Origin: a virus
Length of the DNA: 64,000 nucleotides
Virus record (IMG/VR): IMGVR_UViG_3300042945_001784
Coordinates: 16,808 to 80,807 of that record
Reading direction: 5' to 3' (one strand)
This document shows, piece after piece, positions 34,937-45,722 of the stretch. Position numbers and translations under genes: made by a program. The notes beneath the pieces are model-generated. The model ran no database searches. It saw nothing but the letters and a program-made list of their open reading frames with translations, and had not been told where the DNA came from. Each line of letters opens with the position of its first letter. The first letter of the stretch is position 1.

Positions 34937-35154
34937 TAGTCTGCACCGATATCTCCAATAGCTGCTTGAATAGCTTCTGCATCAGCTGCTTGTTGGCGCT
35001 GATTGATAATCGCAAGAATCTCAAGAGCGCCTTGAACCTTAAGGTAACCTTCTTTAGTACGTAGCAGTTTTTCCTCTGTTGCACGGATTTCATCCGCAAG
35101 AGTTTTCAACTGTGCATTCAATCCTGTTTCCAGTTCAGATGTAATAGCAGACAT
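34936..35154 (-). CDS. Coiled-coil hypothetical protein
   Basis: 'YLKVQGALEIL' small phage coiled-coil pattern. Confidence 0.6.
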   Translation of the reverse strand: MSAITSELETGLNAQLKTLADEIRATEEKLLRTKEGYLKVQGALEILAIINQRQQAADAEAIQAAIGDIGAD

Positions 35155-35183
35155 GGCGTTACTAGATCTAAGCAGATAATAAC

Positions 35184-36422
35184 CTATTTAAGATCAATCC
35201 ACCAACCAGTATTTGGGCCATCAACAGTCCAACGACGTTTGAACAAGTTGTAGCTATACCGTAATCGCTCACCGTTGGTATTGATATAGGTGCCGCTGTA
35301 GTTATCAATTTCACCCCAGGGGTCGTGGACCACAAAGCGTTGCTTCTCCTCTTCATAGCCAATGACGCAAATCCAATGCCCGCTACCAGTAGGCGCATTA
35401 GCTGGGCCTTTATGCAGAATTCCAACAGGACATGGAAAGCCTTGATCAATACGCTGTTTCAGATCTTCAATGTTTCCGTTCTGTTTAAAGGTTGCTTTTA
35501 AACCTAAACCTTGTAGTGCTTTGACTTGCACCCAAGCTTCTGTGGTATCACCAATAGCAAAAACTTTCTTAATGTACTCGTTATCATTGGATACAGAACC
35601 TGGTCGCAAGTACATTGCTGCCATCGCGCAACTAGAAGAGAAGCAGGTGCGGCCAGCATCTCTGTAATTATCACGCTGGGATTGATAAGGAACAGGCAAA
35701 ATCAATCCGTCATAAACCACCTCTGCTTTTTCTAGAGGCTTTGCCATAGCGCCGCCAAGGCCGTACCAGTGCTCATCAAATGCCCACCAGACACCAAGAC
35801 CCCAGGGGAGTAACAGTTTGGTGTGTTTAGCGCGTTTTTCTAGAACTTGAACATCTCTGTATTCCCGATCTTTTTTAATGGGAACACGTTGGTTTAGTTT
35901 GAGTTCACTACTAGGAACGGGTTCTTTTTTTAAAAATGTATTAGTAACACAGCGAATATCAATTGTCTCTAAAGGTTTAAGTTCAGCACCAGAAGTAAAC
36001 AATTCAACTTCTTTTTTGCGTCGTTCTACAAGACCAGGAAGCACTACGCCATCGCCTTTAACCCACTTAGGTAACTCTTCTTGAGCTACTTTATTAAGAT
36101 CTTCTTTATTATTAAGTCGTTTGCGTAAGGTAGAATTTTCTAATGCATTGAGACCACAGTTAAAAGCAAAAGATACCAGGGCGTCGAATTGCTGTTGATT
36201 TAAAGGTACCGTAATTAAAAGGTCAACACCTTGTTCAAATTTAACAAGATCACGTCGTAACATTTTATTAGCACGATCTTCCGTAATACTCATCTCTGGA
36301 GTAACATCATCTCCGGTATGACCGTAACCAACTGTCCATACACCAGCAGGACAAAGATAGGATTCAAGGCATAACCCTTCAAAACTTTTAATTAGGTTAA
36401 TGCCAGTTTCAGAAATCTTCAC
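35184..36422 (-). CDS. Endolysin: GH24 lysozyme plus C39-like cysteine peptidase
   Basis: IKSFEG...YLCPAGVWTVGYGHT...FDALVSFAFN.G...PGLVERR; C-terminal Q.DN...CFSSSCAM, GHW, VHDPWG. Confidence 0.88.
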   Translation of the reverse strand: MKISETGINLIKSFEGLCLESYLCPAGVWTVGYGHTGDDVTPEMSITEDRANKMLRRDLVKFEQGVDLLITVPLNQQQFDALVSFAFNCGLNALENSTLRKRLNNKEDLNKVAQEELPKWVKGDGVVLPGLVERRKKEVELFTSGAELKPLETIDIRCVTNTFLKKEPVPSSELKLNQRVPIKKDREYRDVQVLEKRAKHTKLLLPWGLGVWWAFDEHWYGLGGAMAKPLEKAEVVYDGLILPVPYQSQRDNYRDAGRTCFSSSCAMAAMYLRPGSVSNDNEYIKKVFAIGDTTEAWVQVKALQGLGLKATFKQNGNIEDLKQRIDQGFPCPVGILHKGPANAPTGSGHWICVIGYEEEKQRFVVHDPWGEIDNYSGTYINTNGERLRYSYNLFKRRWTVDGPNTGWWIDLK

Positions 36423-36487
36423 AGCAATCTAGATGCTGCGTTCATTTTATCTACTCTGTATTTTCACCCGCCTATCAACCACAATTG

Positions 36488-38512
36488 CTAGTAAAACATC
36501 AGAAACATGGTATTTGGCGGTTGGGGAAGAGCACTAAAGTAAACATTAAAATTATTTCCACCATCAGTAGAATTAACCCCAACAGCAAATTTACTGCCGT
36601 TAAGTTCTCCAATATTAGAAACAGATAAATAGTTAATACCTGAAGTGGCGTTAGTAAGATAAAAGTTTCGACGCGTAGTTGTTGTGCTGTTAACAGTAAC
36701 TACATTTCCAATGGTGCCAGTTATTGACCAAGTATCAATAGTACCAATGTCTGAACTAAATAAAATAGTATGAGCAACTGTTTTTGTAGAAGCAAGTTCT
36801 GTAAAAGAACATGTTCCACTACTAATAGTTGTTGTTGATGTGCCAGTACTTCCACCAATAGTTAATTTGTTATAGGCAAGATTGCCAGGACTAAAAGTTC
36901 TTGCACTTGTTGAAGTATTTGATAAAAGAATATTAGCTGTATTTTTATTAAATGTTAAATTAACTGTAGTGCTTGCTAACCAAACAGTAGCTGTTCCTGT
37001 TAGCGTCCAAAGTCCGCTACCCATTGTAACTGTTCTAGTCGTGACTCCAGTAAGCAGAAAACCACTACATGTTACATTGTAGTTGTTTGCATTGAATGTT
37101 CCATAACTAACAAAAACTGAAGAGTTGCTATTAAATGCATCACCAAGTTGGACTGTTCCTCCAACAGCCTCTATTTCTATTGGAAATGTAATTGTTTTAC
37201 CTGCAGTAACTAAGTTTATTAAATTTCTATTAACAAAAGTTTGAGTTGATGTTCCACTAACTGTTATTCCTGAACCAAGTGTAAAGCTGCCGTGTATATT
37301 GTTAGCTGCATTAAAATTAAGAGTAATTCCTGTTGTACGGCTTGAACAATCAAGTGCGCTGATATTAACACCGTCAACTGTAAGTGTCCCGGTCAAGGTA
37401 GTAGAATTATCAATAACCGCAGTATCTTGAGGAAGCGGATAATTAGTATCTGCACCAGCTCCTCCTGAGCTTGTTGCCCACGAACCAGACCCAGCCCACG
37501 TAGTATTTGTACCTACACGATAAACAGTTTTGGAAGCAGGAAATGTAATGCCGCTATTGCCGCCGCAATTGCCTCCTCGCGTTGGTGAAATAGGGGCAGC
37601 AGCACCAGCAATAGTAATATCTCGGAAATCACAATCATTAGCTGAAACTACAGCAGCTGTAATAGTTCGGTTTGTACCAATTGTATTACTTCTGATAAAA
37701 TTACGTCGAATAGAACTGGCACCAGCGCAAGTAAGAGTTCCATTAACTGTTAGATCAGAACTAATACTTAATTGCATTACGCCTGAAGAAGGAGCTGTTA
37801 GAGTAAGATTATTAAAAGTAGCTGAACCACTGATTGACCTAATTCCACTTGTAGTACCAGTATATGAAACATTGTAGAAAGTCATGCCGCCACTATCTAT
37901 AGTGACTGATGAGCTTAGATTAATTTGAGAAGTCCCTGCATTAAATGTTAAATTTGTTGAAGGAGAAAAATCTATACCACCACTAGTAAGTGTTACTGTG
38001 CTGGAACCAAGGCTAATAGATCGTAAGTTTGCAGTTGAAGAAGTAATTGAACCAGCACAAGTAAAAGAATAGTTAGCAGTATTAAAATTTCCCTCATTAA
38101 CAAAAAAATTACCGTTACAAGAAAGAGCGTCTCCTAGTGTAAGTGTAATTCCTGCACCCGAAACAATAATAGCTGCAAGTGACTTGCCAGCACTAATTAA
38201 TGTTCCAGTTCCTGTAAAAGTTGTTATTCCGGTATAGCTATATGTCATTCCAGTTACTAACGTTATGCCGCCAGCAACTGTAATGTCAGATGATCCCGTT
38301 AATGTGCCAGTAAAACCCGTGCAGTTAATGCTTTTAGCACCCGTATTACCTGTTGCAATATTACATGAACCTGTAGAGCTAGAAGTAAAGAATACATCGT
38401 CAGCAGTGGTTGGAACTGAAGCACCTCCTGCACCTCCTGATGTAGTTGCCCACTTTGTGCCTGCAGTTCCATCCCAGTTTGCAGTACCGCCAACCCAGTA
38501 ACGATTAGCCAT
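36488..38512 (-). CDS. Tail fibre / spike-like beta-helical protein
   Basis: Duplicated 'RYWVGGT..W.....WATTSGG.GGA..PT..D.V' module; Thr/Ser/Gly-rich. Confidence 0.7.
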   Translation of the reverse strand: MANRYWVGGTANWDGTAGTKWATTSGGAGGASVPTTADDVFFTSSSTGSCNIATGNTGAKSINCTGFTGTLTGSSDITVAGGITLVTGMTYSYTGITTFTGTGTLISAGKSLAAIIVSGAGITLTLGDALSCNGNFFVNEGNFNTANYSFTCAGSITSSTANLRSISLGSSTVTLTSGGIDFSPSTNLTFNAGTSQINLSSSVTIDSGGMTFYNVSYTGTTSGIRSISGSATFNNLTLTAPSSGVMQLSISSDLTVNGTLTCAGASSIRRNFIRSNTIGTNRTITAAVVSANDCDFRDITIAGAAAPISPTRGGNCGGNSGITFPASKTVYRVGTNTTWAGSGSWATSSGGAGADTNYPLPQDTAVIDNSTTLTGTLTVDGVNISALDCSSRTTGITLNFNAANNIHGSFTLGSGITVSGTSTQTFVNRNLINLVTAGKTITFPIEIEAVGGTVQLGDAFNSNSSVFVSYGTFNANNYNVTCSGFLLTGVTTRTVTMGSGLWTLTGTATVWLASTTVNLTFNKNTANILLSNTSTSARTFSPGNLAYNKLTIGGSTGTSTTTISSGTCSFTELASTKTVAHTILFSSDIGTIDTWSITGTIGNVVTVNSTTTTRRNFYLTNATSGINYLSVSNIGELNGSKFAVGVNSTDGGNNFNVYFSALPQPPNTMFLMFY

Positions 38513-38527
38513 TATTTATGCCTTCTG

Positions 38528-38677
38528 TTAAGAGTTTTCAATTAAAGCAAGCCAACGATTAAAACGTTCTTGTTTCATTGCGTTAATCTCATCTTGAGTA
38601 TATTGATGATCATCATCAAGATACAGTGCATCACGGAATACTCCGTAATTAGTATTAAATTCAAAATCAATTTTCAT
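38528..38677 (-). CDS. Small tail-associated protein
   Basis: MKIDFEFNTNYGVFRDALYL...EINAMKQERF..W. Confidence 0.6.
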   Translation of the reverse strand: MKIDFEFNTNYGVFRDALYLDDDHQYTQDEINAMKQERFNRWLALIENS

Positions 38678-38685
38678 GTTCTTAA

Positions 38686-40458
38686 TCAAGCCTGAGTAGT
38701 AGAAGCAACAGCATCCCAAAAAGAATCAGTTGTGTTGTAAACGCAACCTACATATGTTACCTTACCAGCTACTGTTGTTGTGGGAAGTGTGATGCCAAGG
38801 GCTCTAAATCCTGTAGATGAAGTTGTCCAGGTAATACCACGTGCCGTGCCATTGTCTTTAAAGCGGAGCATTAGACGCTGGCCATTCGTTGGTGTTCCTG
38901 TTGGCGCTGCCAGTGTGATGGAGCCAGTTAGACCTTCAGCCACAAACAAATCAGTGGTGGCACTGTTAGGTGTCAATGTGCCTGTTGTGGCTCCAGCGGT
39001 TACGGAGCGGACCTTGGGTTGGGCGGCGTTTGCGAGGTCGTATGCTGTTTTAACTGAGTTTGGCGTAGCAGCAGTTGTAGTACTTGTACTAGAAGTACTA
39101 TCAGTTAATTGAAGCGTGCCGCGAATACTAGTAGTACCTGCAACAATTTTTGTTCCTTCAATTGCAGCAGAAGCATCAATATCAGCATTAACAATAACTC
39201 CAGAACCAATTGCTGTTACACCACTACTATCAATAGAAATATCTCCAGTTATAGCAGTTGCTGTTGGAACATTAGAAACGTTACCAATTAATACACTTCC
39301 AGCAGTAATACTTGCTAACTTACTATGAGCAATAGCAGCAGAAGCATTGATATCAGCATTAACAATAACTCCTGCACTAATTTCAGTCACACCAGTATTG
39401 CTAATAGTAATGTCACCGGTAACAGCTGTTGCTGTTACAACGTTAGAAGCGTCACCAAGAAGTATTTGTGCACTGGTTAATGAAGCTAACTTACTAAAAG
39501 CAATGCCAGCGGTTGCGCTAATATCAGCATTAACAATTGATGCGTTACCGGCAACTAAAATATCTCCATTTTGATTAGGAAAATAAACAGCACGGTTAGC
39601 GGTTAACGTGTTTGGAGCAACGCTAATCCGATAAGAAGAACTACCAGCACCTCCTCCATTAATATTGATACCATCGTGTGTTGTTAAAGCACTAACAAAT
39701 GTTTGACCAGAAGCATTTTGAAAAGTATTCGCACCTGTAAAGGTGTTGTTTCCTGATGCAGTAACAGACGTTGCAATGTTCTGCCAAGTTGGCGCAGAAC
39801 CTGAACCATTACTAGTTAGAACTTGGCCACTGGTTCCGTAGTTAGCACCGCTTAAACCTAATGCACCGTTGCTATCAAATTGAATACGTGCTGTACCCGC
39901 AGTAGCAAGACCAATTTGATCTGCACCTGGAGAAAAGATACCAGTATTGCTGTCACTACTAAAGCTATAAATAGGTGCTGCAGCGGAACCTGTTAATGCT
40001 AAATATTGTCCAGCACTGTTGATAGAAGATTTTAAAACACCGCCAGTTGTAAATCCTAATTCATTAGGAGAAACATTATAAACACCAGTATCAGTATCTC
40101 CTTCAAATGTGATGCTTGGAACAGAGGCGCTACCTGTTGGGAACTTTGTTCCTGCAGTAACATAATCAGCACCAGCAAGAATAACGCCAAAGAAATTCCA
40201 GCCAGCAGTAGGTGCTGTTGCAAAAACAATATTGGTTCCAACTAAATTAAAACCTGTAGTTCCTGTTGGATCAGGTTTTTGTACAACATTGTTAACAGAA
40301 ATTAAACACTGCTGTGGATTAATTGGAAAAGGTACTGGCGCAGAACCTGAAACCCTTAATGGAAATGTTTTTAAAACTCCATTAAAACTAGAACTAATAT
40401 CATCAATAGATGTGTAGCTAGGAAAAGCTACTTGAAGATCATTACCAATGTACGGCAT
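38686..40458 (-). CDS. Tail fibre protein
   Basis: MPYIGN start, GSASVPSITF..DTDTG repeats, IVNADI.A.AAI repeats, RGTLQL...TTAATPNSVKTAYD. Confidence 0.8.
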   Translation of the reverse strand: MPYIGNDLQVAFPSYTSIDDISSSFNGVLKTFPLRVSGSAPVPFPINPQQCLISVNNVVQKPDPTGTTGFNLVGTNIVFATAPTAGWNFFGVILAGADYVTAGTKFPTGSASVPSITFEGDTDTGVYNVSPNELGFTTGGVLKSSINSAGQYLALTGSAAAPIYSFSSDSNTGIFSPGADQIGLATAGTARIQFDSNGALGLSGANYGTSGQVLTSNGSGSAPTWQNIATSVTASGNNTFTGANTFQNASGQTFVSALTTHDGININGGGAGSSSYRISVAPNTLTANRAVYFPNQNGDILVAGNASIVNADISATAGIAFSKLASLTSAQILLGDASNVVTATAVTGDITISNTGVTEISAGVIVNADINASAAIAHSKLASITAGSVLIGNVSNVPTATAITGDISIDSSGVTAIGSGVIVNADIDASAAIEGTKIVAGTTSIRGTLQLTDSTSSTSTTTAATPNSVKTAYDLANAAQPKVRSVTAGATTGTLTPNSATTDLFVAEGLTGSITLAAPTGTPTNGQRLMLRFKDNGTARGITWTTSSTGFRALGITLPTTTVAGKVTYVGCVYNTTDSFWDAVASTTQA

Positions 40459-40470
40459 CTGTTATACCTC

Positions 40471-40812
40471 TTATGTTTGCTCAAGGTAGCTAACACATAG
40501 ATCTAACGATGTTGCTGTATTACATCGAGCACGTAATGTATCAGATGCTTCAACAATAATCTTTGTTCCTCCAGTCAGTTCCAAAGAAGAACCTGCTGGA
40601 ACTGGCGCGTTTGCTAACAAGTAAACATCATCGCCAGTGGTAGTAACCAAGTACAAATCAACGGTTACACTGCTTCCTGTTTTATTAGAAGCATACACAC
40701 TCAAGATAATATTTGAACTGCCTGCAACGCCTGTAAAAATGTTTGTTGTGGAGTTACTTATAAGATCGGTAACAACATTTGATTTCGTAGCGTGCTTAAA
40801 AGTGTTTGCCAT
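40471..40812 (-). CDS. Tail-associated structural protein
   Basis: MANTFK...VPAGSSLEL...KI......D.L...S.LE pattern. Confidence 0.65.
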   Translation of the reverse strand: MANTFKHATKSNVVTDLISNSTTNIFTGVAGSSNIILSVYASNKTGSSVTVDLYLVTTTGDDVYLLANAPVPAGSSLELTGGTKIIVEASDTLRARCNTATSLDLCVSYLEQT

Positions 40813-40813
40813 G

Positions 40814-41218
40814 TCAACTTAAAGCCAAAATCAAAGGGATCACGTCGCCTTGAATAAGGCCACTTAGTGCTGTAATACTACCGGTAACAATAAGATTACC
40901 GACAACAGTTGAGGTGCCTGATGAATCTATTGTAACTCGCGCAACACCACCGGTTACAAGAGACAGTTGATCAGGGCCAGAGCTAATTATTCCTGTGTTT
41001 GGATCATTAGCAAACTTTAGAGCGCAGCTTGATAAACTACCTGGAGACAGTGCCATGTTGCTGCCATCCTGGCGCAACAAAGGGAAGCCTCCAGCGGTAC
41101 TTCCATCGTGTACAACACAAGTAAATTCTGAAGTGTTAACAGTAACTTCACCCAGTGCTCCGGTAAAAACGGAAGTCTCACCGGTAGAGCCACGTCTAAA
41201 TTGTACCTGAGTTGCCAC
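40814..41218 (-). CDS. Tail protein with Mtd-like N-terminal domain
   Basis: MATQVQFRRGST.E...FTGALGEVTV.T.....VVHDG.TAGGFPL. Confidence 0.7.
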   Translation of the reverse strand: MATQVQFRRGSTGETSVFTGALGEVTVNTSEFTCVVHDGSTAGGFPLLRQDGSNMALSPGSLSSCALKFANDPNTGIISSGPDQLSLVTGGVARVTIDSSGTSTVVGNLIVTGSITALSGLIQGDVIPLILALS

Positions 41219-41291
41219 AGCTTTCTCTGAGCCTTAGGTTTATTCTAAGTTGTTAAATCCTTTAGAATAATTAGAGGTTAGTCTTGTATAG

Positions 41292-41540
41292 ATGACTCCT
41301 GAGATAATTATTGCAGCTATTACTGCTGGATTAGCAGCATTTACAGGGCTATCCAAATCACTTTCAACTTTTAACGAGCGAATCAATACCAGGTTTGAAA
41401 AAATTGAAACCAACTATGATCGTTTAGAAAATACAATCATTCGTGATTATGTATTAAAGCAAGACTTTCTCAGAGAGATGCAAGCTGTTCACCAGAAGCT
41501 TGATCGAATTTGGGACTACATGATGAACCATAAGATTTAA
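41292..41540 (+). CDS. Membrane-anchored coiled-coil protein (holin/spanin-like candidate)
   Basis: N-terminal transmembrane segment then 'YVLKQDF...KLDRI'. Confidence 0.5.
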   Translation: MTPEIIIAAITAGLAAFTGLSKSLSTFNERINTRFEKIETNYDRLENTIIRDYVLKQDFLREMQAVHQKLDRIWDYMMNHKI

Positions 41541-41959
41541 ATGGCAACCCAACTAGCACTGGTGCTGTTGTAAATATAAAGTCCAGGAGCAGATTTATCA
41601 TAATGCAGCTGCCCATCAGTTGGATTTGTTGGAAAACCGCTAGCTGACGTGGAGGCAACAGCCTTCGGCAATTGCCAAGAGCTGCCATCATAGATTTTAA
41701 AGATCTGCGTACTTGCTGTATCTAACCAGCTTTCCCCTTTTGAAAGAGAAGCGTAACCAGTAGGTACAGCGTTAGGAGCAGTGTTGCCAACATGAATTGG
41801 TCCAACTTTAATTAAAGCCGGTGTTCCTGCATTGTCACGGAAATATAAACCTGGCTCAGTAGCGTTGTAGTTAAGAGCAAGTTCACCATCTCCTAAACGA
41901 CTGGGAAACACCCTGTCATAAAGAAGACTAGAACGTAAACGTAGGATTTGAACTGCCAT
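41537..41959 (-). CDS. Tail-associated structural protein
   Basis: 'L.DGELALNY....PGLYFRD..G.LIKVGP...G..AP' cyanophage tail N-terminal pattern. Confidence 0.65.
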   Translation of the reverse strand: MAVQILRLRSSLLYDRVFPSRLGDGELALNYNATEPGLYFRDNAGTPALIKVGPIHVGNTAPNAVPTGYASLSKGESWLDTASTQIFKIYDGSSWQLPKAVASTSASGFPTNPTDGQLHYDKSAPGLYIYNSTSASWVAI

Positions 41960-41961
41960 GT

Positions 41962-44334
41962 TTAAGTATTCAGATAAATGCCACAGTCAATTTGTGTGAA
42001 GGGAGGCGTTGTTGGAACACCATTAACGTATGTACCGCAGTCTAAAACATCTGGAGTTCTTGTTCCTGTAGCAGGATTATAATCCAGTGGAGTACCGTTT
42101 AGATAGTTACCACAGTCAATCTCACCAAAGCGGAAATCAGAATTGTAATCAGTTAAAGGCTGATCAAGCATACCAAATTTGGCACTCTTAATCAAATCCA
42201 TATCAATGTTGAGCATCTTTTGCATGATAGTCAACATTGTTGTTGTCACATTTAAAGGCGTTCCAGTAAAACTAAAACGATTACTATTTGGATTATTAGG
42301 ATCGTACTGAGAATTGCGTCGAATATCGTCAGTAACCATTTGAGTTACTAAATTTGGATCGTAGTTTGCTACCTGCGTAGGTTGATTACGATCTCCGCTA
42401 ATGGATTTAGCACCAGTCCAAGGCATCCCGTAACCCATCATTTGAAGACGCTCTGCAGCCACGCGAAGGCGTTCATTTTCTTTTTCTAAACGCTTAAGAA
42501 AAACTTCGGCAGATTCACCAGCAGGCGGATCGTTAGGTTCTAATAACCAAGTGTTAATGTACTCATGAGGTTTAAGATTATTTACCGTGCAATATCCACT
42601 TGTTGTCTGACTGAAAGGATAAATGATAACAAAGTTATTAGCATCAATAATCTGAGTAATAACATACTCACCGGCAAGGGCATTTCCGCTCGTAAACTCA
42701 ACATTAACGCGGGTATTTAAGCCTAAACCATGGGGCTCATCTGTTGTAACTGTAATATTAGGACCTGATTGCGTATAGCGTCCACTCAGATTTAATGGAT
42801 CATTACCTTCATCGTGGACAATAGACCACATGGCAGCATAAATATGTTTACACCAACGAAGCTGATAGTATGCAAGCAAAGGACGTGATAGATCTGCGCT
42901 ATCTTCATATGTAGGTAACTGATAAAAATTATTAATCACCACGTAACCAAAATCAGAATAAACACCTACATCATCTCTTGTTTCAACCAAATTACCATTG
43001 CGATCAAAGCGATAACCTGGACGCACTGAGCCTGCAAGAGTATTAGGAAACTTACGCCGTTCTTGTTCTTTATAAAAGTTAAATGTTTCTCGTTTCAAGT
43101 AATCCTGGCATGTGCACTGATAACGTATCTCTGTTGTCAAATAGCGTCCTACAGTAAATCCACGATGCGCCGGAACAATTGTTTTGGGTATTCCTTGATT
43201 TGTACTAGACGGTAAATTTGTTACAGGATCAAATAAACGTGTACCATAACTATCATCACGTTGGAATAAAATTTCATTTGTTGATAAGTCTGTGCCAGTA
43301 ACCGTATAACCTACATAATCATTGTAGTCATAACCGCGAATTCTGCGGTTTACAATCATTGAGCCTGAAGTAACGCCGCTAATTAAAGTTGTTATTGTGA
43401 ACTGCGTGCTATTTAAAACAGTAACTGTATAAAGACCTGAAGCTACAGCACCACTTGTTACCGCTATAAAAACTTCATTGCCACTAGAGAGGCCATGAGC
43501 AGCAGTACAGGTTACTGTTACAGTCGATCCGGTTCTTGAATATGTAGAAAAGATTCCAGGATCCCGTTCAATAATACGATCTGCTAAACGTTCTCCTGCA
43601 AAGAATGTAACCGGTGTTGGAATAGAACGTAAACGTACTCGTTGTTGGACCCAGTTTGGATCCGTAAAGGTTGTAACTTTAAATAGAGTTACATTCCCGC
43701 TGGTACTAATAGCACTAGAAGCAGTGCAAGTAAATGTATTTATTGTCGTTCCTGTAATTGTTAACGTTTCATCAAGTGCTGCGCCGCTAGTAACATTGAG
43801 ATAGATAGAGTCACCTGTGGTGTACCCATGCTCAACACTAGTAACTGTTATGGTAGTGCCGCTTTGTAAATACGTGCCATTTTTAGGTGTTTGCATATAG
43901 CGAACACCTAAGATTGGTAAACCAAAGTTGTAGAAATTAAAAGAGTTGGCATCACGGACGCCAACCATTTGTTCTCCAATCTCACTGTGGGAGCTTGGAA
44001 AAGTAAACATCCGTGCAGGAATAAAGACTCCAGGAAACTGCTGAAATGCACAATACATACGGAAGTCGCCACGGGTATTCCGTCCGGTTGCTCCGCTTCC
44101 TAGATAGGTTTGCGTTAACGTGTATAGCTCGTAACCACGTCTCCAACGATTCCACATAGAGTCATGGTTATAAAAACGAATCCGACTAACCTGATTACGA
44201 TCACCTGGTTCAAAATCAAAAGGGTTTGTGTCAATCCCTAGTTGATATTTAGTTGGTTTTTTGTTGATCTTATCGGAGAAGTTTTTAAAACCGCTATCAA
44301 ATCTTCCTCCAAAACTATCTTTACGCCTAGGCAT
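41962..44334 (-). CDS. Large probable structural protein with repeated beta domains and a SWIM-like motif
   Basis: Three 'Y..SG.T.TVT....HGL..G..V' repeats; CTCQDY...WCKH; three C-terminal DCGxY motifs. Confidence 0.6.
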   Translation of the reverse strand: MPRRKDSFGGRFDSGFKNFSDKINKKPTKYQLGIDTNPFDFEPGDRNQVSRIRFYNHDSMWNRWRRGYELYTLTQTYLGSGATGRNTRGDFRMYCAFQQFPGVFIPARMFTFPSSHSEIGEQMVGVRDANSFNFYNFGLPILGVRYMQTPKNGTYLQSGTTITVTSVEHGYTTGDSIYLNVTSGAALDETLTITGTTINTFTCTASSAISTSGNVTLFKVTTFTDPNWVQQRVRLRSIPTPVTFFAGERLADRIIERDPGIFSTYSRTGSTVTVTCTAAHGLSSGNEVFIAVTSGAVASGLYTVTVLNSTQFTITTLISGVTSGSMIVNRRIRGYDYNDYVGYTVTGTDLSTNEILFQRDDSYGTRLFDPVTNLPSSTNQGIPKTIVPAHRGFTVGRYLTTEIRYQCTCQDYLKRETFNFYKEQERRKFPNTLAGSVRPGYRFDRNGNLVETRDDVGVYSDFGYVVINNFYQLPTYEDSADLSRPLLAYYQLRWCKHIYAAMWSIVHDEGNDPLNLSGRYTQSGPNITVTTDEPHGLGLNTRVNVEFTSGNALAGEYVITQIIDANNFVIIYPFSQTTSGYCTVNNLKPHEYINTWLLEPNDPPAGESAEVFLKRLEKENERLRVAAERLQMMGYGMPWTGAKSISGDRNQPTQVANYDPNLVTQMVTDDIRRNSQYDPNNPNSNRFSFTGTPLNVTTTMLTIMQKMLNIDMDLIKSAKFGMLDQPLTDYNSDFRFGEIDCGNYLNGTPLDYNPATGTRTPDVLDCGTYVNGVPTTPPFTQIDCGIYLNT

Positions 44335-44485
44335 TTAAAGATAACCCTTTACGGGGATCTCCTGGATAAGGATAGCTTACTTCTTTTACACCCATCATTC
44401 GACGCCAGTTATTGGCCATGTCAACAGCAAGCTGCCAATTAATCCTGTTCTGATCTTGAGACCAGGATTGAATATCTTTCATAGA

Positions 44486-45259
44486 TCAATAGTATCCGCC
44501 TTGCAGGCAAACATAAAAACCGTTGGTTAATGCTGCTGTTCCGCTAACCGATGCATATAAAGCTTGACCACGTTGCAAAACTAATCCGCGAGTTTTAGGC
44601 GAAACTTCATTATTAGTTGAAGTAAAGTTAGCTCCAGCGTGTGGAACTGGATGGTTAATCAAAGGAAGAACTTCATTTAAAGTTAGGCTGTATGTCTGAC
44701 TTGCAGCCACAGCAGGAACGCTAACAGTAAACAGTGGGAAGAATTGGTTAATATTTGTGATCGAACCAGTGTTAACAAGATAGAAACAAACATCAATAGG
44801 CTGGTAAACGTTAACGTTTCCAGAAGTAGTCAGTGTTCCTGCGCTAGTAATCGTAAACGTTGTTGAAGTAACGGCAGTAACAGTAGCTGTTTCATCAACA
44901 GCTGTACCACTGGTGTAATCTAGATAAACAGACTGACCAATTTTTAGATTGTGATTTGCAAGGGTAACTGTTACGGTAGTTGTACCAACTTGTGAATAAG
45001 TTCCTGCTCCAGGAGTAGCAGCGTCTAAAAAGATATTACGTTCTTTGCTATAACGTAACCAAATCTCATCAACGTACGCACCACTAACAGAGGTATCTGT
45101 TAATGCGCTATCAACATCTAAAACGTTGGTGGCGTTGCCCACAGCTGTAGGAATTAAGCTCGTGGAGAACAGCTGACCAGAAGCAACGGTTAAAAGAGTA
45201 CTGTTAAGAAAGGGCCGGTCAATCATTGCCGGCTGCTTATTGGTAGAAGAACTAGCCAT
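44486..45259 (-). CDS. Probable structural protein
   Basis: MASSSTNKQP...DRP start; one copy of the same beta repeat; ends QGGYY. Confidence 0.6.
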   Translation of the reverse strand: MASSSTNKQPAMIDRPFLNSTLLTVASGQLFSTSLIPTAVGNATNVLDVDSALTDTSVSGAYVDEIWLRYSKERNIFLDAATPGAGTYSQVGTTTVTVTLANHNLKIGQSVYLDYTSGTAVDETATVTAVTSTTFTITSAGTLTTSGNVNVYQPIDVCFYLVNTGSITNINQFFPLFTVSVPAVAASQTYSLTLNEVLPLINHPVPHAGANFTSTNNEVSPKTRGLVLQRGQALYASVSGTAALTNGFYVCLQGGYY

Positions 45260-45303
45260 TCCTTCTGGTTAACGTTATTTGCTAAACCTATTGTAGCGCA
45301 GGT

Positions 45304-45513
45304 TTAAGCAAATAGTTTTTCAAAAATTAAAGGGTCTATTTGCTGAAGCCCTTTAATCTTGCTCCCTGCCATCCGATAGTCACCAGGAAGCGGGCGGGTT
45401 CCAGGAGTGCCGTCGCCAGGAAGAGGCCGTAGTCCTGGTTCATAGTCACCAGTACGCGCACCAAGGCCACGTCCTCTTGGGGTTATGTCCCGCTCCTGGA
45501 GTGGATCAATCAT
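45304..45513 (-). CDS. Hypothetical protein
   Basis: Two RPLPGD repeats; RMAG motif. Confidence 0.45.
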   Translation of the reverse strand: MIDPLQERDITPRGRGLGARTGDYEPGLRPLPGDGTPGTRPLPGDYRMAGSKIKGLQQIDPLIFEKLFA

Positions 45514-45722
45514 TGCCCTTTGTGTTTAGTAGCCAGTTCAACAGCACGTCGTGCTTTTTTAGCAGCCGGTGTGTTTTCTACAAACTGTTTACCGCTCCGG
45601 GATTCACGCTGCTTCTTTTGATCCGTTTGCTTGCGTTCTTCTGGAGAGAGCCGAGCCCACGCAGCTTGAGGTAAGTAACGCTCTGTGCTTTTCTTACCTG
45701 GCTCAATTGCTTTATCAGCCAT
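45510..45722 (-). CDS. Basic protein resembling the C-terminal half of DUF5872-type proteins
   Basis: TERYLP.AAW..LSPEE...TD.KK......GKQFV.NT..AKKAR. Confidence 0.6.
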   Translation of the reverse strand: MADKAIEPGKKSTERYLPQAAWARLSPEERKQTDQKKQRESRSGKQFVENTPAAKKARRAVELATKHKGQ

